Below are positions 1 through 7,600 of a stretch of 11,057 bases of DNA, piece after piece. The stretch is taken from NCBI GenBank assembly GCA_041946805.1, contig JBHGBC010000183.1:1-11057 (forward strand), written 5' to 3'. Made by a program: the position numbers and the translations under genes. The notes under the pieces are model-generated. The model saw nothing but the letters and a program-made list of their open reading frames with translations, did no database searches and was not told where the DNA came from. Origin of the DNA: a bacterium (lineage in GTDB: Bacteria > Hinthialibacterota > Hinthialibacteria > Hinthialibacterales > Hinthialibacteraceae). Position 1 is the stretch's first letter. Every line of letters starts with the position of its first letter.

Positions 1-21
1 GCTACCGAAGAAAATAAATAA

Positions 22-231
22 GGTTCATCCGGTAAGTGCGTACCGGATGATTTGGAATTGATTCCATTTGCTCCTGGATGAGGAAGGACACCAATGACCG
101 CCCCTTTTAAAATTCCCTCACCTTAGCCCACTTCCATGGAGAGAAGGCATTTTAGGGTGGTTTTGATCGATCACTTCAAAAGATGCGATCCGGTCATCAG
201 AAAAAAAATGTACACACTTGCCGGATGAACC
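22..231. repeat. 21-bp imperfect inverted repeat pair (22-42 / 211-231) enclosing a non-coding segment
   Basis: The reverse complement of 22-42 is TACGCACTTACCGGATGAACC and 211-231 reads TACACACTTGCCGGATGAACC: 19/21 identical. Confidence 0.8.
25..50 (-). terminator. Perfect 10-bp hairpin, possible intrinsic terminator of the minus-strand cluster
   Basis: TCATCCGGTA (25-34), loop AGTGCG, TACCGGATGA (41-50). On the minus strand it is followed by ACC-TTATTTATTTTCTTC; on the plus strand by TTT. Confidence 0.45.
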
Positions 232-316
232 AAATTTAAATATTGAATTAAGTTGATATCCGGAAGATCGAGTGTAGGGCAGGATGATATTTATCATGAT
301 CCATACATATATGTTT

Positions 317-1177
317 TTACTTAAACTTGTTCCATTGATCAGTAAGTCTTCCCTGAGATTGAAAGAGGGCATCGAATTGCTCGGAAAAAAATATGAAGTT
401 TTCTTCGAGTCTTCTGGCTATCATATTGAAATGAGTACCTGTATCCTCTATGAATGTATAGGGTAATCCGGCCGCTTCAAGTAAAGTAACAAGTATGTGA
501 TTTTGTGGAGGAATATCGGGAAAATCATCATTCTGTCCCACATAAAGCCAGAATTGTAGAAAATAGTTATTTTGATTATGAGCGTTGATGATACTTGCAC
601 CGGGCAGTGGACCTCCAGGGGACGATGAACTTAATCCTCCCACGAATCGAAATAGTTCGGGAAAGGAAAAGGCAATATGGAGCGCTCCGTGCCCTCCCTC
701 CGAATGCCCGGTGATCGCGCGTTGCTCTCGACGGGCCGCGGTCCGGTACGTCGTGTCGATAAAAGGTACAATTTCCTTTACAAAATAATCATCATACGGA
801 TCCAGTTCTCTCCCCCATTCCCGGTTCATGTTGGGGAATATGATTATGAGAGGCTTGATTTTGCCTTCCTGGATTAATGGATCGGCAATCAAATTGGCAT
901 TGATTCCTGTCATATATGTGCCTTGGTATCCGGCTCCGAGAAATGTCCTGTTGGTTCCCGAGGCGCCATGGAGAAGATAAATGGTCGGATAGGTATCCTC
1001 TGACGATTCATACCCTTCTGGTAGGTAAACACTGAGTTCTCTATTGGATGCCTGTCCAGCATTCGCTAAAATATCGCTCTGGATCTGGTGATGTACAATC
1101 TTTCCCGAGGTGAAACCATTCTCTCCAGCTAGTTGCACAAGGAACCAAATTGTTATTGATGTTACAAATCTGCTCAT
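317..1177 (-). CDS. Alpha/beta-hydrolase serine esterase (Fes/XynZ-like putative esterase family), 286 aa, probably exported
   Basis: Family motifs VYLPEGY..YPTIYLLHG, EIVPFIDTTY and RAITGHSEGG (nucleophile elbow G-x-S-x-G at about 692-709). Candidate catalytic Asp in GQNDD and His in GTHF. ATG at 1177 has AAGGA 9 nt upstream; hydrophobic N-terminus; TAA stop. Confidence 0.88.
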   Translation of the reverse strand: MSRFVTSITIWFLVQLAGENGFTSGKIVHHQIQSDILANAGQASNRELSVYLPEGYESSEDTYPTIYLLHGASGTNRTFLGAGYQGTYMTGINANLIADPLIQEGKIKPLIIIFPNMNREWGRELDPYDDYFVKEIVPFIDTTYRTAARREQRAITGHSEGGHGALHIAFSFPELFRFVGGLSSSSPGGPLPGASIINAHNQNNYFLQFWLYVGQNDDFPDIPPQNHILVTLLEAAGLPYTFIEDTGTHFNMIARRLEENFIFFSEQFDALFQSQGRLTDQWNKFK

Positions 1178-1378
1178 GATCAATAATCCTTTTCTACAAA
1201 TAATGAGTGCACAATAAGGGTTTTTGAATTACGGATTCCTTGCGGCATTCTTGTTGCGCATTTCGAGTAAATGGCCTGCGATTTTCAAATTTCTTTAACA
1301 ATGTATTTCTCAACCCTGTACTACAAAACCCAGATCACACTCCAAGTAAAATAATTACCCATGAACCGGATGAATTTA

Positions 1379-2359
1379 TCAATACAGATTCCAATTTTCC
1401 ACGGCGGAGGGTAATGTCAGCACTACATTCGTAAAGAATCCTGTGGAGTAACTCTGAATCTCAGGTGTCCAGGACGAGAGAGTGACATAGATGGGATCTG
1501 TGATCACACCGGGACGAAGTCTTATATTTTCCAGAAGAATCCATTCTTGTGAACTGTTTCTGAAATAGTAGGCTGTGATTCGATCCCCATCGCGGGCAAT
1601 CTTGATCTCGTTGTCCGAGGTTCCATCATTTGCTGGAAAGATACCTTGCCAGGATGTTACGGTCCCATGAGCCAAGTAGGCTGCATTGCCTGTTCCTATT
1701 AAAAAGGCATAAAAAAATGAGTCATCTGCGAGTTCATCATAGAAGCATAATCCGGCTCCTAACCATGAAGATGAACTGGAAATCTCGTCAGTCACTTCCG
1801 CCGATATACTCACCGGTCCGCTTATTTTTCTATAAGCGCAATGAGCTGAAGGATCTGGAGCCCGGCCACTACCGATAACCGTATACTCGTCTTTCTGGCT
1901 GTCATACGAAGCGTCCCCGAGGGGGACACCACCGAAACTCACATGATCCTCAAAGATGCCGATGGGATCTTTGACATGCGGAGCTATGGCGGTATCACCA
2001 CCCATTGCAAGACCATTAATCGTACCTGTGAATAAAGCATTCCCGGCGGCGGTTTCCGGTGGATTGACGGCGTAGGAATAAATGATGTAGTTTGATGTTT
2101 CTTTTGTATCCCAAGTTATTTTATCTTCCTCGACGATGGCTCCTTTTGTTGGATCAACATGGCTGATTTTCCATCCGGCGGGCGGGATCTCGACAATCGT
2201 GTCATTTCCCGATGGATTCGGTGTCTTAATATTCACATATATCATTAGTCCCGGTAAGTAACCTTGCTCCCTGTTGACGATATTTCGTTCCGCGGCCGGC
2301 GGGGCCATGGCGATGACCAACCAACCAAGTGACAGAAACGACAGATAAAAACCACGCAT
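1379..2359 (-). CDS. Exported hypothetical protein, 326 aa: N-terminal Ig-like beta domain plus probable concanavalin A-like beta-sandwich; C-terminal SAVENWNLY tail
   Basis: ATG at 2359 is preceded by AAGGAGA. Signal-peptide-like MRGFYLSFLSLGWLVIAMA. Beta-rich pattern (YTVIGSG..AYRKISGPVSISAEV..IKIARDGDRITAYY). Ends TGA TAA. Fold calls are by eye. Confidence 0.82.
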   Translation of the reverse strand: MRGFYLSFLSLGWLVIAMAPPAAERNIVNREQGYLPGLMIYVNIKTPNPSGNDTIVEIPPAGWKISHVDPTKGAIVEEDKITWDTKETSNYIIYSYAVNPPETAAGNALFTGTINGLAMGGDTAIAPHVKDPIGIFEDHVSFGGVPLGDASYDSQKDEYTVIGSGRAPDPSAHCAYRKISGPVSISAEVTDEISSSSSWLGAGLCFYDELADDSFFYAFLIGTGNAAYLAHGTVTSWQGIFPANDGTSDNEIKIARDGDRITAYYFRNSSQEWILLENIRLRPGVITDPIYVTLSSWTPEIQSYSTGFFTNVVLTLPSAVENWNLY

Positions 2360-2446
2360 GATCTTTCTCCTTTTAACTAAAAACAACAAATTTAATTCCA
2401 TATAAATCATTTCAAGTTCTCCGATTTATTGAAAGCCCAAAAACCG

Positions 2447-2522
2447 ATTATTTCATCGCTCCAATCCATTGACTATTCGGATTTTCGGGTATTTTTTTAT
2501 CAAGGAAATCAGGTATTCATAC
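2447..2522 (-). promoter_or_regulatory. Putative activator-dependent sigma70-type promoter with conserved upstream box (copy A)
   Basis: Minus strand TAGTCA (2475-2470), 17 bp, AATAAT (2452-2447), with TG-n directly before the -10. Box 2473-2522 is 43/50 identical to 3880-3929. Confidence 0.65.
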
Positions 2523-2704
2523 AGGTAAGTGGTAGTTCTTCTGATGCGATACCGGGAGGAAAATGCGGAAATTGTTCCACATGGAAACTGTCCCGCGGGA
2601 CGGAAAGGGTAGTCTCCAACACGCGAACCGGCATGCCATGGACGATAGGATTGCCTGGCTTGACCGAAGGCACGGTCCTTCTCGACATATTCAGAATGGT
2701 GAAA

Positions 2705-3691
2705 TCAACGGTATAGTTCCCAATTCTCGCTGGAAGACTTGCCAAAAACGCCGATCTGTACCAAGACCGTTATGTTATCATAATAGGTATGCATGTACGT
2801 GCACAGGCCTTCCGCGTTATATCGGAGGATTTGCGCCACCCGCAATCCTTTATAGGGGCGTCCCGTGGCCGGAATTCCAAACCAGGTACCGGTATGAGTT
2901 CCATGAAATACACTCTCGGCCAATAACCAACCGTCTCCGAATTCCACCACGCGGACATCCTCCCCTTGGACATCGGGAAAACCGGCGAAATTCATCTCCA
3001 TCAACGCAACATGTTCCGCGCGGGTCAATTTCTTGTCCACGATGTTGGAATAGATGTCCGCGTCGTTGGAAAAAGCCTTGATCCAGGAGGATAAATCATG
3101 GGCATTCCATCGCCTCAATACTTCCTTTCCAACTTCTTTGGGCGTCAATCCCGTCGGCACCGGATCGGGTATCGTAAAGGAAGGGACCAACGGGGGCAAC
3201 TCGGATTTAGGCATGACCTTGGCGCTGACCAAAACCGATTGCATGTCCCCATACATCATCAAATGGGTCATTTGAAGCCCTTGGTAATCCCAAACATCGG
3301 CATAATGGAAGGGAGCCCCCTTCTCTCCGGTGGGCGGCAGTCCATTCCACACTCCCATGTGGGTTCCCTGCATCCAATTTTCGGCCACGAGCACCCCGTC
3401 GGTGACCAGGACCCGGGTGTTCACGAATACTTCATCGGGAAACGCGGCTATTGTGTTTTCCCAACCCGACTTGAAGGCTTGCCGATCCCGGATGGTGTCG
3501 TCCCAACTGTGTTCAGCGGTGAAATTGTCGGCGATATGAGGCATAACCAGCTCCAAATTGTGCGCGTTCAATCCATCTTTTATCGCCTGCCGCGCCGCCA
3601 AGATCCCATCGTAGGTTTGTGCAATTGTACTGGAGGGGATTCCAACCACAGCTGCCAAACATACCAGCAAACTCCAAGTGCAATTTTTCAT
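2705..3691 (-). CDS. Exported protein with two tandem SnoaL-like (ester cyclase, NTF2-like fold) domains, 328 aa; C-terminal SSSENWELYR tail
   Basis: Two copies of the SnoaL signature: AAFPD..WMQGTHMGVWNGLPPTG and AGFPD..VFHGTHTGTWFGIPATGR, joined by a Pro-rich linker. ATG at 3691 has AAGGAG 7 nt upstream. Signal peptide MKNCTWSLLVCLAAVVGIPSSTIA-Q. Confidence 0.9.
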   Translation of the reverse strand: MKNCTWSLLVCLAAVVGIPSSTIAQTYDGILAARQAIKDGLNAHNLELVMPHIADNFTAEHSWDDTIRDRQAFKSGWENTIAAFPDEVFVNTRVLVTDGVLVAENWMQGTHMGVWNGLPPTGEKGAPFHYADVWDYQGLQMTHLMMYGDMQSVLVSAKVMPKSELPPLVPSFTIPDPVPTGLTPKEVGKEVLRRWNAHDLSSWIKAFSNDADIYSNIVDKKLTRAEHVALMEMNFAGFPDVQGEDVRVVEFGDGWLLAESVFHGTHTGTWFGIPATGRPYKGLRVAQILRYNAEGLCTYMHTYYDNITVLVQIGVFGKSSSENWELYR

Positions 3692-3853
3692 CGCCTTACT
3701 CCTTTGCATCCCATGATTTGAGGATAGTCAAACGGTACGGCGTCATGGCTAAACGGATTTCGGGGAGGTACGAGCCAAGGCCACCGTACCGTGCGCTCCT
3801 TGGTTCATGCCGTCAATTCGGTCGTTGCGGCCCAATCCATAGCCAACGGACGA

Positions 3854-3929
3854 ACCGTATCAAAGATCGATCGGTTTTTCTATTCGGTTTGTCAGGTATT
3901 TTTGTATCAGGGGAATCCGGTATTCATAC
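3854..3929 (-). promoter_or_regulatory. Putative activator-dependent sigma70-type promoter with conserved upstream box (copy B)
   Basis: Minus strand TAGAAA (3882-3877), 17 bp, TACGGT (3859-3854), with TG-n before the -10. It lies in the same register relative to the box (3880-3929) as copy A. Confidence 0.65.
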
Positions 3930-3984
3930 GGAGGAAGTACGGTAGGGTGATAGGAAAATCCTCATTTCAACTTGAATGAATCGA

Positions 3985-4656
3985 TCAATATTGCGGTGGA
4001 TTATTGGAGGGTATGGTTATTATGCCCAATTGGATGGCTTTTTTGATCAATTCCGCCACGTTGTGGCAATCCATTTTCTGCAGGATATGCTTGCGGTGCA
4101 CCTCCACGGTTTTCTCGCTAATAAAAAGGGACTCGGCGATCTTTTTGGTGGTTTCCCCGTCGCAGATGCGGAGAAGAATTTCCATTTCGCGCGGGGAGAT
4201 ATCCAGAACGGGCATGGGGCTCTTCTCTCACGCGGGGTGGATGTAATCGTGAATGACAATCCCCGCGATGTCCGGACTGATATAATATTTCCCCTCCAAA
4301 ATGGTTTTGATCGCCGCGACCACTTCGGAAATCGCGCAGTTTTTCAACAAGTACCCATGGATGCCGGACCGGAACGCGTCTTCCACGAAGGGTTTGATCG
4401 CATGCATGGATAAAATCAGGATCTTCACCTCCGGCCGTTCCCGCAGGATGCGGCGCGCCGCCTCGATCCCGTTTACATTCGGCATGGTGATGTCCATCAA
4501 GATGATATCCGGCCGCGCTTCCTTCGCGAGGGCGATCGCTTCCCGGCCGTCTTGGGCTTCCGCCACCACCTTCAGTCCCGGTTCTTCATTCAAGATTTGC
4601 CGCAGGCTTTCGCGCAAAATCTTGTGATCGTCCGCGAGTAGAATATTGATCACCAT
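3985..4656 (-). pseudogene. NarL/FixJ-family response regulator (REC + LuxR HTH), 223 codons, with one in-frame TGA at codon 143 (4228-4230); nonsense allele, split gene or sequence error
   Basis: ORFs 4228-4656 and 3985-4215 are in the same frame: CAC CCC GCG TGA GAG AAG AGC CCC ATG. REC motifs are intact (LADDH, DIILMDITMP, LSMH, YLLKN) and so is the LuxR HTH (ISPREMEIL..KKIAESLFISEKTVEVHRKHILQKM). GGAGG RBS at 4662-4666. Confidence 0.9.
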
Positions 4657-7600
4657 TCGGGCCTCCCTTTCCCGGCCAGGGCAGAGTGAGCGTCACCTGG
4701 GTTCCCCCATTGATGCGGGATACGCATTGAAAGGTACCCCCGAGATATTCGATCCGTTCCCGCACGCTGAACAGGCCGAAACTTTGTTTTTCCAGGACGG
4801 TCTTTTGGAGATCTTCGGGACAGAATCCCACCCCCTCGTCCGACACCTGGACCTGGACGTGCCCATCGAGCTGGGATAGCGACACACGGGCGGATCGCGT
4901 GTGGGCATGTTTAATGACGTTGTAGAGGAGTTCCTTGATGGCGTTGAATACGATGCCGCGTTCATCCATGCCGAATTCGGAAGGGAATCCGTCTTCCACC
5001 AGGACAAAATTCATGCCGTACTTTTCATTGAGTTGCTCAATCAACCATTGTAAGGTTCGCATCAGCCCCAGTTCATATAAAATGGGAGGGCTGATCTCGA
5101 TGGTCAGTTCCCGCGAATCCTCGATGATCTGTTTCACCGTCTGCCGCACTTCCTCCAGGATCCGCGTGTTCGGTGGATGATCGCCGCGTTGCAGGTATTC
5201 GATCTGCATTTGACACAAGGCCAAACTGTGACCGATGCGGTCGTGGATCTGGCGGGCGATATTCCGCTTGCTGCGTTCTTCGTCGATCGCCATCCGCGAG
5301 GCGATGGAGCGGAGCTGCTCCTGGTAGCGAAGCAGCTCCTGGTTCACGCTATGCAAATCCTGGGTTCGCGCTTGGATGACCGTTTCCTGCAGGATGTAAC
5401 GCCGCGCGTGGAGAAATGTCAGCCAGGCGATAATCCCCAAGCAAGCCAAAAAAAGGAAAATAAAGCGGTTGTCCTTGTACCAGGGCGAGATAATCCGGAT
5501 CTTCCAGGCCGCCGGAGTCGGATCCACATTCCAGCTATGATCCATCGCCCGTACTTGAAACACATGTTCTCCGTACGGCAAGCCGGTCAAGGAGGCGAAG
5601 GATTCCGATGTAAAGGGAGTCCAATCCCGGGTGTCGATCCGGTGGGAATACAACAGGCGGTCCGCTTCGGTGTATTTCCATTTATCCATGCCGGTGAACA
5701 CGATGCGCAGGTTCCCCTCCGGCGACACGTCTTCGGATTGGGCGTTTTCCTGGACTGGCCGGCCTTGGTCGATCACATAGGTCTCCGGCGGATCGCGGTC
5801 CATGGCCGGATGATATTGGCTCAATCCCCCGTTGGTGGTTACCCAGAGGCGTCCTTGGCGGTCTTCCAGCACATCATTGACATAATTGTCCGGGAGTCCG
5901 TCCTCGGTAGTGTACTTCATCCAGGAACCGTCCCGATAGCAAAAGAGGCCGATGCTGGTCGCGATCCAGAGGCTGCCATCCCGGGTTTCCCGCATACAAT
6001 TCACTTGATCCAGTCCATCCCGGATCTTGATCCACTGATGACCGGCCAGCTGGTAAACAGCATCATTCGTGGAAATCCAAACGGTTCCGTCCCGCGTTTT
6101 CAAAATCTCCAGGGCGAACGGCGCGGGAAATTCCGTTCCGGGAGCGAAAGGCACAATCCGGCCGGATACGATCCGGAAAAGGCCTCCGTAGGTCGCGATC
6201 CAGACTTCATCATTTCCCACCATCTCGATGTCGTTGATGAAATAGGGTTTGATCTCCAGGGGAGTGTCCGGATGGACGGGAGTGACGGGAAGCTCCAGCA
6301 GATCGATGACCGGTTCAAAATCACGGCCGTCGTAAAGACCGATGGTGGTCCCTTCTGAAATCCATAGTTTTTCAGGACTGCCTTGCCCCAAGCAGGCCGT
6401 ATAGCGTTTGGTGTCATTTTGCGTGAACAGCAGATGGAATTGCTGAAGGGTTATATCGTAGGTCATGATGCCGGAATAATCATTCCAATAAAAACGCCCG
6501 CCCGGCAGGATGCCCACAAACGAATTCCGCGTGTCCAAACTGGGCGCGTAGGGAATAAAGGTCCAGGTTGCATTTTGAAAAAGGGCCAGGCCGTCATCGT
6601 AACATAAGCAGATCCTCCCCGATTCATCCTCACAGATGCCATACGCCTTGGTTTTCTTATGGCGGAGTTCCTGGGGCGTCTGCCAGATCGCGGGCGCGTA
6701 CCGGGCCAGCCCTGTACCCGTGGGAATCCACAGCGCGTTATCTTCCCGGGAGACCGCGTTGAGGATGTATAGATCTTCCGCGATGAAATACAACAAACCA
6801 TTTTGCCGAATCAACGGCGTGTCTTCCAGTAGGTAATCGATACGGGGAGCGGACGCCGGATTCGGCGTGCTATTGAAAAGGTAATTGGTTCCATCGAACA
6901 CAAAAGGGGTTCGATCCCCCAAGAAAACAGTCCCCTCGACCAGTCCCTTGAAAGTGAATCCCACTACCTCACCGGCATCGGTTTCATATTCAAACAAGCA
7001 AGGCCCTTCCCGTCCGGGCAAGAGATGTTCGCGCCAGGTTCCGTCCCGTTGGAGGTGGCCTAATCCATTGTGACTGCTGATCCAAACCGATCGATCATCC
7101 CGTCCGGGGGTCATCTTCAAGAATTCACCCAGGCGGGTGTCGCTCCCCTGGATGACAAGTTTTGCCGATCCGGACTGGATATCGAATTCCAGGATACATT
7201 GATCTTGACTGATATAAAGGAAACGATGATCATCCAGTGGAAGAAAGGTCAGGCCAAATTGTGAATATAAGATCGGCGGCGAAATGGCATGGCGGCGCCA
7301 GTTCCCGGGGGATGCGTTGCCGGAAACCTCATAGGTCCGTATGGCCCCGGTATCTTTCCAGTTGAACAGCCATAGATGCCTTTCCGGACCTTCAACAATG
7401 ATGGAAAGAGGCAAACAGGCCGGCAACGGATGGACGGTGTAACCATCCAGATAGTCATTATGCGTGGAGCCTCCTCCGCGCGTCACCGACAGGTTTCCCG
7501 TGGGGCCGATCGTGGCCTCATAACACCAGGTATCCCCCAGCCCGTCTTGCGCCTTCCAAAACCGCCAAATACCCGGCGCGGTGTCCAGCGCCGGTCTTGT

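Noticed and set aside
191..200. CTGATGA hammerhead-core motif (minus strand here; also plus strand near 8518)
   Set aside because: Neither site is followed by a stem II and GAAA.
2550..2690. Cluster of short palindromes after the SnoaL gene (TTCCACATGGAA, GTCCCGCGGGAC, GACCG/CGGTC), vaguely like a cobalamin riboswitch
   Set aside because: The B12-box and conserved GGGAA/ACTG spacing are absent, and no U-tract supports a terminator call.
4228..4230. TGA as evidence of genetic code 4/25 or selenocysteine
   Set aside because: No other internal TGA occurs in about 2400 codons of clear genes and TGA terminates four of them. The position is a variable linker, not a Cys-equivalent site, and the downstream stem is not a convincing SECIS.
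5177..6358. 393-aa plus-strand ORF, and other plus-strand ORFs such as 3098-3721, 2563-3081, 3976-4413 and 7376-7939
   Set aside because: They lie antisense to well-supported genes and show no motifs. Long shadow ORFs are expected opposite GC3-rich coding sequence.
6906..6920. tRNA T-arm-like GGGGTTCGATCCCCC
   Set aside because: It lies inside the kinase CDS (GDRTP on the minus strand) with no acceptor stem, D-arm or anticodon arm.
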